Of a stretch of DNA of 64,000 nt, positions 54,515 through 64,000 are shown in pieces (within the stretch, counting starts at the first letter, position 1; each line of letters opens with the position of its first letter). Under the pieces are notes generated by a model. The model worked only from the letters and a program-made list of their open reading frames with translations. It ran no database searches and was not told the origin of the DNA. The stretch lies in NCBI GenBank assembly GCA_963666285.1, contig OY762712.1, one strand, 5' to 3'. The translations under genes were made by a program, and so were the position numbers. The stretch comes from Sedimentisphaerales bacterium (GTDB lineage: Bacteria > Planctomycetota > Phycisphaerae > Sedimentisphaerales > SM23-30).

Positions 54515-54799
54515 ATGAAACCAATGGTAATTTCATTAACAAAGCATTACGAGAAAAACGATGAGAACTTGAAACTTGAATTGGAATTACTGAGAAATGG
54601 CATATTCAAAAAATGCTCAGATGGCGCATGGAAGCTATATTGCCACCTTGCTAATGTTGCCGATAATGACGGTAATTGTTGGCGTGGGACATCAACAATA
54701 GCCAACGATCTTGATATGAGTCGCCATAAAGTTTTTAGTTCGATCAAAGAGCTGGAACAGCTTGGCATGATAATAATAACAAGAGATATGAAAGTTTGA
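54515..54799 (+). CDS. HTH_36-type winged-helix protein
   Basis: WKLYCHLANVADNDGNCWRGTSTIANDLDMSRHKVFSSIKELEQLGMII. Same pattern as the two domains of 31900..33228. Confidence 0.6.
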   Translation: MKPMVISLTKHYEKNDENLKLELELLRNGIFKKCSDGAWKLYCHLANVADNDGNCWRGTSTIANDLDMSRHKVFSSIKELEQLGMIIITRDMKV

Positions 54800-54881
54800 T
54801 TAAAGGCAAAGCTAAAAGATAGGTTTGCTAAGAAATTAATACCGAGGAAGTCTGAAAAACAAAAATTGAAAGGATGAGGAA

Positions 54882-55748
54882 ATGAAGAAATATGGGTTGA
54901 TTTGTTTGTGTTTAATTGTTATGAGTGGCAGTGTATGGGCAAAAGTCATCAGAGGTATCGATATTGATTTTGTATCTATCGGTAATGCAGGTAATACGGC
55001 TGACAGTAGCGGTTTTGGTGCAGTAGATTATGCTTACCAGATCGGCAGGTATGAAATTACTAATAACCAGTGGAACGCATTTGTATCAGCAGCAGGAAAA
55101 CCTACAGGTAGTAGTGAAAACTTCATTCGTAATCCTTATGATGAGAGTGCTAAATGGACAAGAGACTTATTTCCAACGAATGGGGTAAGCTGGCCTGAAG
55201 CTGCTCAATTCTGTAATTACCTTACCAGCGGAGATAAGTATTCGGGGGCATATAATTTTGACTCAAGTGGTGTTTATCTAGGTGCTGATCGCACTTCTGC
55301 AATTTCGACCTATGGGACCACTTATGTCATTCCTAACAATGATGAATGGTACAAGGCAGCTTATTATACCGGTAGCGGATACTCACTGTATGCCAATGGT
55401 TCAATTACAGCTCCAATCGAAGACATTGATTCAAATTATGGTTATGAGGATGGTACTTACCCTTGGAATGTTGGAACCGGTACAATGGAACAAAACGGTA
55501 CTTTTGATATGATGGGCAATGTATGGGAATGGAGTGAGTCAATAGTCGATAGCCGTTCCTTTCGTCGTCTCTGGGGTGGCTCCTATTACGGTCAAGGTAT
55601 TCACCTCAGTTCATCCACCTATGCCAGCATTAATCCGGGCAGTGAGTTTGACTATATAGGTTTTCGTATTGCCTCTGTCCCTGAACCAGCCAGTATGGTT
55701 TTGATTGGGTTGGGGGGTGTATTGCTAAAGTGTAAGAGATTTTGTTAA
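54882..55748 (+). CDS. FGE-sulfatase (SUMF1/C-type-lectin-fold) domain protein with a PEP-CTERM anchor
   Basis: Signal peptide. YEITNNQWNAFV, NGVSWPEAAQFCNYL, IPNNDEWYKAAYY, MGNVWEWSES, WGGSY and IGFRIASVPEPASMVLIGLGGVLLKCKRFC. Confidence 0.75.
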   Translation: MKKYGLICLCLIVMSGSVWAKVIRGIDIDFVSIGNAGNTADSSGFGAVDYAYQIGRYEITNNQWNAFVSAAGKPTGSSENFIRNPYDESAKWTRDLFPTNGVSWPEAAQFCNYLTSGDKYSGAYNFDSSGVYLGADRTSAISTYGTTYVIPNNDEWYKAAYYTGSGYSLYANGSITAPIEDIDSNYGYEDGTYPWNVGTGTMEQNGTFDMMGNVWEWSESIVDSRSFRRLWGGSYYGQGIHLSSSTYASINPGSEFDYIGFRIASVPEPASMVLIGLGGVLLKCKRFC

Positions 55749-55813
55749 ATCGCTTAAAATATGTTTACATAATTATGGAGATAAGTTTTAATACAAAGGA
55801 GTAATTATCGATA

Positions 55814-56059
55814 ATGTTAACATTTGAACAATTCAAACAAGACAAAGAAGTATTGTATCAGAATGGCGATTATGGAGTATGGCGCACTGTGAACGGTTCT
55901 GGCAATACAATCTATATGTTGTATGAGATAATGGGTGAGGACGAGATAAAAGATGTTTTTCTTCCAGTATTTAGCGCTGATAGTTTTGGTATCGCAGTTG
56001 ACGAGGCTAACAATTTAGCAACTTACGGAACCAGAAAACATAAAAATCTATATATGTGA
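55814..56059 (+). CDS. hypothetical protein
   Basis: 81-aa ORF with AAGGAG upstream. Confidence 0.5.
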   Translation: MLTFEQFKQDKEVLYQNGDYGVWRTVNGSGNTIYMLYEIMGEDEIKDVFLPVFSADSFGIAVDEANNLATYGTRKHKNLYM

Positions 56060-56093
56060 TTTTAATAAGTTTATCTAATGAGGTTAGAGTGAA

Positions 56094-56573
56094 ATGACCA
56101 ATAAAAAAATGCTTGTTATCAATGCTGACGAAGCAACTGACGATATGTTTCTTCCAGCGATCCTCAAGAACCCAGACGGTACATGTGTTGCGATTACTCC
56201 TGATGGTGAAAGGCAGGACTGTAAAGATTTTGACCAGGCATCGCGCATTATATATAATGATTCCTGGGTAAGAGATTTTGAGGGAAATGGCACGATCAGG
56301 AATGGCGAGTTAGCTTGTCGTTATACGTTTGAAAAGATCGATAATATTGGTTTTGATTTGTTAATAGGTAAATATTTTAATGAAGATGGTGCAGAAATAG
56401 ATTATGCGATATATGATTCCAACAGTATGACTGCTTATCCCAGAGATAGTGAAGTAGAAATGTTTCTTGGAAACAAGAAAAGTAGTAAAGAGTATGCTCT
56501 CAGCAAGGCTTTACCAGAACTGGGGATGATGACTAAAGAAGGGTTGATAGCCCTTATAAAGTTTATTGCCTAA
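56094..56573 (+). CDS. hypothetical protein
   Basis: 159-aa ORF with GAGG upstream. Confidence 0.5.
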   Translation: MTNKKMLVINADEATDDMFLPAILKNPDGTCVAITPDGERQDCKDFDQASRIIYNDSWVRDFEGNGTIRNGELACRYTFEKIDNIGFDLLIGKYFNEDGAEIDYAIYDSNSMTAYPRDSEVEMFLGNKKSSKEYALSKALPELGMMTKEGLIALIKFIA

Positions 56574-56777
56574 TTATCATCTTCTATGTAGTGTAATGAA
56601 AAATACTAAATATTATAAAATTACTCTTGATTTGATCGTCAGGATTTGGTACTAATAAATTAACACTCAACTTTGGTGGTCAGTTTGTTCTTATTTTCAG
56701 ACTGATCGCACTCAACTGTTCGATTTTAATCGAACCCAGATTTTGGCGGGCTATACTCACTCGCCAATCCTTTCATA

Positions 56778-56804
56778 GGCGGGCCACTCAACCCGCCTTA
56801 TTTT
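56778..56804 (+). terminator. stem-loop followed by TTATTTT
   Basis: ggcggg-ccactcaa-cccgcc. Confidence 0.45.
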
Positions 56805-56847
56805 GTACAATTGCTATGGAATTCTAACTGTTATATATTCAAAAAAA

Positions 56848-56877
56848 GCGACTGTCAGAAGTGGTTCAGACAGTCGC
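56848..56877 (-). terminator. intrinsic terminator for the 57123..57749 transcript
   Basis: gcgactgtc-N12-gacagtcgc, with a 7-A run on the plus side (a T-run on the minus strand). Confidence 0.65.
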
Positions 56878-57122
56878 CTATTGTTATAGTATTTGAATTA
56901 AGCCAGCATAGCTTTCAGGTCTTTATTAGCATCAGTAGTAGGTTTAATGTCGAAATACCAGTACATTCAATACCTTTGGACTGATAAACGCTGGTAATGA
57001 TGGACCAATTCTCATATTTTTGATGCCAAGATGTAGTAAAGTCAGCAAGATACAAACGGCTTTTTGTTCATACCAGCAATAACATCATTTGTAAACATTT
57101 CTCTCCTGTAACTAAGAGAAAG

Positions 57123-57749
57123 TTACACTCTTTTTTTCAATAACAAACCACCCAACCCAAGTAGCAACATTGATGCTGGTTCGGGTACAACATCAACATG
57201 CGTCCATGTTTTAGTGATAAATGGAGCATCTATATCGATAAATTTAATGGAAAAATCATCGCCATTTTTCCATTTTCCTGTAATACCTGTATAGGCATCT
57301 TCTTCACCAACCCAGGACCAACTGTTTGGCATACAATCAATAGTGATTGTCTTACCGGCAGATTCATATTGGGCTGTTTTAAGTAGATTTATCTGTCCGC
57401 CATTGAGTAAAACAGTAGAATTTTTTAACGCATAAATATGGTTAACAATTCCGCCAGAGACAGTTAAAGTACTAACTTCAGCACTACTAACAGTAATGTC
57501 AGATATCCCGCTCTCATTGCTGATGAGAGGCATAGATGTAGCAACAACTTCCACATGTGCAATATCGTAAATTTCTATATCATTTGCACCACCACCATTA
57601 ATTGTTAAAACACTATTGTCTCTAACTTTGACTAACCCGCCATATTCGTTTTCTGACAATAATCCATCTTCTGCATAATTGTGAGAGTCAAAGATACTTG
57701 CCAGGGAAGTTGATACACAAACCATCAATAACACCGCTATTATTTTCAT
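57123..57749 (-). CDS. small PEP-CTERM protein
   Basis: Signal peptide, GG repeats, C-terminal VPEPASMLLLGLGGLLLKKRV. Confidence 0.85.
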   Translation of the reverse strand: MKIIAVLLMVCVSTSLASIFDSHNYAEDGLLSENEYGGLVKVRDNSVLTINGGGANDIEIYDIAHVEVVATSMPLISNESGISDITVSSAEVSTLTVSGGIVNHIYALKNSTVLLNGGQINLLKTAQYESAGKTITIDCMPNSWSWVGEEDAYTGITGKWKNGDDFSIKFIDIDAPFITKTWTHVDVVPEPASMLLLGLGGLLLKKRV

Positions 57750-57829
57750 TATTTCTCTCCTGTAACTTTTGTTAAAATATAACCTTACCTGCCGCTATTG
57801 TACCAAATAGCAGCAGGTAAGTTCAATAT

Positions 57830-60508
57830 TTATTGTAAAGATTCCTTTATTTTGGCCAGTTCATCATCGAAAAAGACCAGTATTTCCTGCAAATCTTTCT
57901 TATCTTTACGTTTAAGATCATCGTTTAACATATCTGAGACACAATCCTGAAGATAGTAAATATCCCTGAGTATTATGGCAACCTCGTTATTTGTCATGGT
58001 TTCATACATATTTAGAACTTCTTTTTCAGCGTCCAGATCGAGATTAGAAACTGAAACAGTTCTGGCAACAGACTCAACTGTCATCAGAGAATCACCTGCG
58101 GGAACAGACATCATTACCATTTCACCACCTGTAACAGCCATATAATTATCATACCAACAGGCTTTCCACAGCCACGGAACATCACTGACAAATGCTGCCA
58201 GATCAGCCAGGTCAATACTGTATTGGCTGCTGCCGGTATCATCTAAATTGCATATTTCGTTCCAGTTATCATCTGAATTCGGATCAGCAAGAGCTGCGGG
58301 GCTGTTAGGCTCATTTGTAAGCCATGCTCCGGCTATTATTGAAAACTCTTCAAGGTTAACAATACCATCTGCACTCCAATCGTATTCATTAGCAAAATCA
58401 TCTTCGGTATAATCACCATCACAGGAATACAGTTCATCTGCACCTCTGTCAACATTAGTGCCTGCGACACGAACCTCATTATCATAGTCAACCTGACCGG
58501 TATAATCCAAACTTGGATTGCCACTATCTTTACATAAAGAGTCATGGGCCAGGTGATAATTTTCCGGATCAGGCGCACCCAGAGGGTCAACTGTATAGGC
58601 GAATTTTGGGATATCATTGATATTATTATTTAGCTCTGCACAGTTTTGTACACAACTGTATGATACATAGGTATTCGGATCAAAGCCCGCCATCTGTCTT
58701 GCATTATTGTTATTATAGTAAACAATGCAATTCTGTATATCAGGGTAATCCAGTGCCATACTATTCGGATCACTGCTTTCATTATCCTCAAAATATATTC
58801 CCCTTGATTTATTATTTGAGACAGTAAGATTGTGCAATACGGGACGACTAAATGGGTTTTCTATGTGAATACCATCTTTTCCTTCTTCTGCTAGATCACT
58901 TTCGGAGATAATGGAATTTTTAATAACAGGTGTGGAGTTTAGACTAAACACACCATATTTATCGTTTCTCATAATCCAGGAATTAGAAACATTTAGATTT
59001 TGCCCAATACTCTCATGGTAAATACCATCCTCACTATTATTTTTTACCAAACAAGATTTGACAGTCATATTACCATATTCTGCATAAATACCATAACGTA
59101 ATCCATCAGTAATTTCGCAGTTATTAACTTCAAAATCAACACCATAGCCTACAATATTATAGTCAACACCATAATTTACCGTTACGCCGTCAAGTAGTGA
59201 TTCATGGCCCATTTCAACTACGGAATAGGCAAGGCTGGCATCCAGCCAACCGCTTAGAATAGTCTCATATTTCTTTGGATTTCTATATGCGAAATCACAG
59301 CCGCCGGTTGGGAATCCACCGTAAATTTCTGTTTCATCTGGTAGTTCAAAAGTTTCGGTTGCACTTATGCCAGGCAGGTATGTTCCCTGGGCTATATATA
59401 TTGTAAACGGTCCGGTACAGGTAGAGAATCTTGCTCTATGTAGAGCCTTTTTCAGACCATATTTTGTATTATAAGCATTTTGCCAGTCAACACCGGTATT
59501 ATTGCCTGTAGCATTCAAATCTACAAATAGGGTGTTTGGATAATCTCCCCAGCAGCAAATTGGCGTTTCTTCGATAGCTCGTGCTATAATACCGTAATCA
59601 TTAGGATCATTTGAATCACCGCTATAAAGCTCAGCTATATTTGTCTGGTCAAAACCCGGTTCTGCGTGTTCATTTACAACTACTTCCAACTCTACACAAC
59701 CTGAATCGCCTGGCCCAATATCGCCTAAATACCAATAATAGCTGTGCGAATTTGGATCGTAGGCTGGGTCTGGCGGTATTGGTATCATGTTAGGGTCAAC
59801 GGTCCAGTCTCCTCCCGGATATGTCATACCATATGGGAGAAGGTCTATTATATAACAATCCGGCAGTGTTACATCATCATTATTCTCATAACAAATTGTA
59901 TAAACTACTGTGTCATCTAATGTTGCACAGCTTCCTTCTTCGACATCATCTTCTTTGGTAAAAGATAAATCAAAGAGAGTGCTTTGCAGCATAATAACAT
60001 CATGTTCATTGTAGCCGGTGTTACTTATCGTAAGAGTTCCAGCCTCAACAACTCGATGGATAGACCAGTTTAATATATCATTCTGGTCATTTGTTCTTAC
60101 CCTGATATACGGGCAGTTAGGATCAACCACTATAGTTCCAGTAAAATCATAATCTCCTTCCGGAGGTGTTTCACCATGTGTAGCGTCCTCATCCCAGACA
60201 ATCATTATATCATTCTCGTTAAGTTCAACTGGCACTGGATTTGAACCTTGCTTTATAGTATATACTTGATAAGAAGGGACTATACAGCCATCTATGTCAA
60301 CATACAGATACAATTCAGTATGAGCATCTGTACTGGGCCTGTTAAATACCTCTACCCAGCAACTACTGTTAGGGTCTGCTCCTTCAGAAAGTCCAATGTA
60401 ACTTTCTGTTTGTGTTGTAAAAGACATTGTTTCTGCAACTTGTGCAGATACGACACCTGTCAGCAACATTGATAAAATAATACAGAAACCGATAAAATAC
60501 TTTTTCAT
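57830..60508 (-). CDS. large secreted DUF11-like plus beta-helix surface protein with a dockerin-like C-terminal module (start revised)
   Basis: MKKYFIGFCIILSMLLTGVVSA start at 60508, with AAGGAG 7 nt upstream. Paralog of 49681..52647 from the DUF11-like segment onward. Confidence 0.8.
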   Translation of the reverse strand: MKKYFIGFCIILSMLLTGVVSAQVAETMSFTTQTESYIGLSEGADPNSSCWVEVFNRPSTDAHTELYLYVDIDGCIVPSYQVYTIKQGSNPVPVELNENDIMIVWDEDATHGETPPEGDYDFTGTIVVDPNCPYIRVRTNDQNDILNWSIHRVVEAGTLTISNTGYNEHDVIMLQSTLFDLSFTKEDDVEEGSCATLDDTVVYTICYENNDDVTLPDCYIIDLLPYGMTYPGGDWTVDPNMIPIPPDPAYDPNSHSYYWYLGDIGPGDSGCVELEVVVNEHAEPGFDQTNIAELYSGDSNDPNDYGIIARAIEETPICCWGDYPNTLFVDLNATGNNTGVDWQNAYNTKYGLKKALHRARFSTCTGPFTIYIAQGTYLPGISATETFELPDETEIYGGFPTGGCDFAYRNPKKYETILSGWLDASLAYSVVEMGHESLLDGVTVNYGVDYNIVGYGVDFEVNNCEITDGLRYGIYAEYGNMTVKSCLVKNNSEDGIYHESIGQNLNVSNSWIMRNDKYGVFSLNSTPVIKNSIISESDLAEEGKDGIHIENPFSRPVLHNLTVSNNKSRGIYFEDNESSDPNSMALDYPDIQNCIVYYNNNNARQMAGFDPNTYVSYSCVQNCAELNNNINDIPKFAYTVDPLGAPDPENYHLAHDSLCKDSGNPSLDYTGQVDYDNEVRVAGTNVDRGADELYSCDGDYTEDDFANEYDWSADGIVNLEEFSIIAGAWLTNEPNSPAALADPNSDDNWNEICNLDDTGSSQYSIDLADLAAFVSDVPWLWKACWYDNYMAVTGGEMVMMSVPAGDSLMTVESVARTVSVSNLDLDAEKEVLNMYETMTNNEVAIILRDIYYLQDCVSDMLNDDLKRKDKKDLQEILVFFDDELAKIKESLQ

Positions 60509-61458
60509 AAGAGATCTCCTTAATTTTTGTAGATATAAGTCTGTCTCCAGCAATATTAATTGTAGGTGAAACAGCTATAGACATATAAATAGACTTTTAC
60601 TATACTGCAACAACCATAGCAACAAATGCAGTTAGTAATAAACAATTACAAATAAAGGGAAATATACCAAATTAGTTTTTCGTCTCAATTATTCCCTTCT
60701 GGCAATTAAGCCAACATTATAGTTTCGCATACCTTATAGCAATATATAATATTGATTAATCAGGCAAAAACGTAAATATAATAAATATCCGCAATCCATT
60801 TACCCTTATGATAACTCAAGGGTTAAGTCCTTACAAAACCTCCTTTCCAGAAATAACCAGTGTGGCCTGCAAGCGCAACTAAAAGTTCTTACATAGTTAG
60901 CTATTAACTAAAAATAGACCAACACCAGCTAGTTTTTATTAAGGAAATGACCATTATCCCAAGCTGTAAACCACCCAGATAATATCAAAATTCCTCATCC
61001 TTCCGATATATATTTAACCAGGATAAACCTGAATTATAGCAAGTAAAAGGAATAGGAAATTGAATAATTTTCCCTGTTGTAACCAACCCAATTTAATAAA
61101 AAAATTGGGGACTGGCACAACTATCGCACAAGCGGGCTCGCCAGAACCCAGAAAGAGATATAGCCGACCAGTACCCCTTATCAAGGGTACTGACTAGCCA
61201 ATAACATCTAATTCTTACAAACTGGCGATCTGCTTATGCGGTTATCGGTTCAGTATTATTTACTGTTTTTATTCAATTTTCACTACATTTTTATCATATT
61301 CTTTATCAAATACTTTGCAAGCATAAACCATATTTGTTTTTTTATAAAATTATGTTTAAATGTTCTGATTATTAGTATATCTTATAGGTGATTTATGCGA
61401 TAATAAAATGCGTAACTTGATGTTGTCGCAAGATTTAAGGTTTTTGATAAAGGTAATT

Positions 61459-61580
61459 ATGGTTAAAGTTACAGCTATTGATATGATATTTGAGGATGAC
61501 TCATTTAGCATTTTTTAGCGAGGTTCTATCCCGGCCCTGGATGGGCTAGTTACCAACCTTGAAAGTAAATTGGAAAATAC
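61459..61580 (+). pseudogene. truncated, stop-interrupted remnant of a 53755..54094 paralog
   Basis: MVKVTAIDMIFEDDSFSIF*RGSIPALDGLVTNLESKLEN aligns codon for codon with MVEITEIDMTFVDGSASDFKKGSIPALDGLVTDLESKLAN. In-frame TAG at 61516-61518. Similarity is lost after about 40 codons. Confidence 0.7.
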
Positions 61581-61769
61581 TCTAGTGAAACTGGTGTTGA
61601 GGTTGGCTTATACAACCCATTTTTTATGCTTTTTTGAAAAGTATTGTTTTGCTAGTTATGGGACGTGATTTTGATTGTTTAATATAATATTCTATAATTC
61701 ATGTTTATGTTGCCAGCGAATAGGTCTTAAAATAATTGCTGAGATTATTTTGAACAATATCAGAAAGGA

Positions 61770-64000
61770 ATGAAAGTGAAGAATGTTGGTTTGATTGGGC
61801 TCGTTGTTCTTTTGTTACCGTGTGTGATATATGCCGTTAATGGTGATATGGGATCAAATAAGGGAGCGAGTGGTTCAGAAAGCAATCCCTGGCTAATTGA
61901 GGATTTCGATGATTTTAAGGCTTTTTGCAATGACACCAGCAAATGGGAAAATGGAGAATATGCAAGGCTTGAATGTGACCTTGATCTTGATCCGGCATTA
62001 TCAGATAGAGAAATCTATAGTAAAGCTCCTATAGCGGCAAATACCCGCTATAGTGGATATTTCGATGGGAATTATCATTTAATAAATAACTTGGCTATAA
62101 ACGGTTCAAATTATTGTGCATTATTTGGCCAAATCAATTATGAAGCAATTATAGAAAATCTCGGTGTTACTAATGTTGCTATTATAGCTGCTTACAATTA
62201 TGCAGCAGCTATTGCTGGGTACAATGCCGGTCATATTAAGCAATGCTTTTCCAACGGTACAGTTGAAAGTAACTACAATGTCGGAGGTTTAGCTGGATAT
62301 AATGACGGTCATATCACCAATTGCTATTCGCTTTGCTCTTTGAGCGGTAGAAGTACTGTTGGTAATATAGTGGGCTATAATGGGGAAAAAGTATCTAACT
62401 GTTATTCAGCAGGATTTGTCGATGGTGTCAGCAGAGTTGGCAGTGTTTGCGGCTTTAACGGTAATGGTAACGTTCAGAATTGTTTTTATTATGTTTATGG
62501 TGGCCCTTTAAGTAAGTTTGGTATGGCACTAGATGATCAAGGGCTGCTTGAAAAAGTGAATTTTATTGGTTTTGATTTTGAAGGTAATAGTTCTGATGGA
62601 ACTGAAGATATTTGGGCTATTGACTCAAGCTGTATGCCGAGATTATCATGGCAAAAAACACCAGGTTTTGAACCACCATATATTCTTGATACCATAAATA
62701 CAACATTGTCCGGTTATGGAAGTATAAGCGACCCATTTGTAATATTTGATAAGACAGACTTACTGGAGTTTCGGAATAATACTGCTTTACGAATAGGTTA
62801 TTATAAAATGACTGGCAGTATAGACCTTAACGGAATAACTTACCCAGATGCGTTTATTTCTCAGAATTATTTTGGCAATTTTGATGGAAACAATAATACA
62901 ATCTATAATATGGTTATTGAGGGTGATTCTAATCTTGGTTTATTTGCAAAATTCTCTGGTAACATAAAAGATCTTGAATTAAAGAATGTCAATATAAATG
63001 GTACAGGTGATTACATTGGAGCTTTGGCAGGTGAGGTGGTAGATGGTTCAGTTAGAAATTGTAAATCATCAGGTAGTGTTAATGGAAGAAGTTACGTTGG
63101 CGGTTTAGTTGGATATAACTCAGGAAATTTGATTAGTTGCGGTTCTTCTACAAATACTAGCGGCACTAATTCAGGTATAGGTGGTTTGGTAGGTTACAAT
63201 GAAGGAGATTGTATAAAATGTTTCTCAGATTGCACTGTTATAGGTAGTTTTTCTGTTGGGGGATTTGCTGGAGAAAGCTATGGCCCGGTTTCAATGTGTT
63301 TTTCTTCTGGGAATGTCTCAGGCACTTATAATGTTGGCGGTTTTTGTGGTATGAGCCAGGCAGGTTATAGCATAATAAGTAATTGTTATTCATTGTCCAA
63401 TGTCTCTGGAGAAGACTATATAGGCGGGTTTACTGGTTATTGTTTCGGATATTTTAAGAATTGTTATGCGACAGGTTTAGTTGAAGGAGATCGGTTTGTT
63501 GGTGGCTTCGTACCTGGTGACGAGGATACGCTATCAAACATAGTATTATTAGGGTGTTTTTGGGACACAGAAACATCTAACCTGAAAGAAAGCGTTGGTG
63601 GGGTAGGATTAGATACTATCAGTATGCAATATGCGACACCGTATTTGAATTCATACTGGGATTTCTTTGATGAAACTGCAAATGGCAAAGATGATATTTG
63701 GTTTATTAGACCTGGTGAATACCCCACTCTAATGTGGCAGATAGATACAAGTACACAACCAAAAGGGGATTTCTTCAGTATGCCTTTGACTGTTAATTGT
63801 GGTTTTGCATATTTTGGTAATAACGTTGGTACATGTGGTCTGGACCTAACGGCATACGGCTATAAAGACTATTCAGACATCTGGTACAAATTTGATTCAA
63901 ATAGTAATACTACTTATGATATTGACCTATCCGGCAGTGATTTTGACACAACATTGGCTGTATTTGACAAAGATCAGATTGAAGTAGTATTTAATGATGA
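61770..64000 (+). CDS. secreted GLUG-repeat protein, C-terminus beyond the window
   Basis: ATG at 61770 (MKVKNVGLIGLVVLLLPCVIYA signal peptide). Repeated VGGLAGYN / VGGLVGYN / IGGLVGYN / VGGFAGES motifs. No stop through 64000. Absent from the track because it runs off the edge. Confidence 0.8.
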   Translation, partial: MKVKNVGLIGLVVLLLPCVIYAVNGDMGSNKGASGSESNPWLIEDFDDFKAFCNDTSKWENGEYARLECDLDLDPALSDREIYSKAPIAANTRYSGYFDGNYHLINNLAINGSNYCALFGQINYEAIIENLGVTNVAIIAAYNYAAAIAGYNAGHIKQCFSNGTVESNYNVGGLAGYNDGHITNCYSLCSLSGRSTVGNIVGYNGEKVSNCYSAGFVDGVSRVGSVCGFNGNGNVQNCFYYVYGGPLSKFGMALDDQGLLEKVNFIGFDFEGNSSDGTEDIWAIDSSCMPRLSWQKTPGFEPPYILDTINTTLSGYGSISDPFVIFDKTDLLEFRNNTALRIGYYKMTGSIDLNGITYPDAFISQNYFGNFDGNNNTIYNMVIEGDSNLGLFAKFSGNIKDLELKNVNINGTGDYIGALAGEVVDGSVRNCKSSGSVNGRSYVGGLVGYNSGNLISCGSSTNTSGTNSGIGGLVGYNEGDCIKCFSDCTVIGSFSVGGFAGESYGPVSMCFSSGNVSGTYNVGGFCGMSQAGYSIISNCYSLSNVSGEDYIGGFTGYCFGYFKNCYATGLVEGDRFVGGFVPGDEDTLSNIVLLGCFWDTETSNLKESVGGVGLDTISMQYATPYLNSYWDFFDETANGKDDIWFIRPGEYPTLMWQIDTSTQPKGDFFSMPLTVNCGFAYFGNNVGTCGLDLTAYGYKDYSDIWYKFDSNSNTTYDIDLSGSDFDTTLAVFDKDQIEVVFND

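Noticed and set aside
54027-54542. 171-aa minus-strand ORF
   Set aside because: It is antisense to three RBS-preceded plus-strand genes, and its translation is Phe/Ile/Leu-rich.
54882-55748. The FGE-fold protein as a diversity-generating retroelement target
   Set aside because: I saw no reverse-transcriptase-like ORF (no YxDD-type polymerase motif outside the fiber repeats) and no second copy of the 3-prime coding region (template repeat) in the window.
56663-60725. Possible degenerate extra copies of the att-like repeat, at 56663-56698 (acactcaactttggtggtcagtttgttcttattttc) and 60680-60725 (agtttttcgtctcaattattcccttctggcaatt), both matching the reverse complement
   Set aside because: The matches are short and gapped, anchored on 8-10-mers that are expected by chance in 128 kb of two-strand AT-rich sequence. 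They need alignment statistics before they can be believed.

Overview
The window reads as three blocks. (1) 1-31.2 kb is a tightly packed minus-strand tailed-phage morphogenesis module. It carries a portal candidate, scaffold, major capsid, beta-helix tailspike, TerL followed by TerS, a repeat-rich tail fiber and ejection-type proteins. It ends in one uninterrupted minus-strand ORF that starts at 9919 and runs off the left edge (at least 3306 codons). That ORF is absent from the supplied track, apparently because its stop is outside the window. It contains a DnaN/sliding-clamp-like segment, a Cys-cluster module and an HExxH motif. (2) 31.6-42.8 kb is an 11-kb module that looks more AT-rich by eye and is bracketed by a 95-nt direct repeat with 3 mismatches. 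It holds a tyrosine integrase at its right inner edge, a Rep-like protein with two winged-helix domains, a dense array of TAAGCG-core iterons, a membrane-tethered HTH protein, a single-chain 4x ribbon-helix-helix protein and small early-type genes. Whether this is the lysogeny arm of the same prophage or a separate integrative (satellite-like) element parked beside it cannot be decided from this window. (3) 42.8-64 kb is a host-like cell-surface locus. It has three large secreted beta-helix proteins that share a distinctive C-terminal module (dockerin-like, then WLW-CW, then a Met-rich stretch and an acidic helix). It also has seven PEP-CTERM proteins (six small beta-solenoid-like ones and one FGE-sulfatase-domain protein), a recent tandem gene duplication with a conserved intercistronic hairpin, a truncated paralog remnant, and a GLUG-repeat protein that runs off the right edge. 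No rRNA, tRNA or CRISPR array was found. All family assignments come from reading motifs by eye; no database search was possible.
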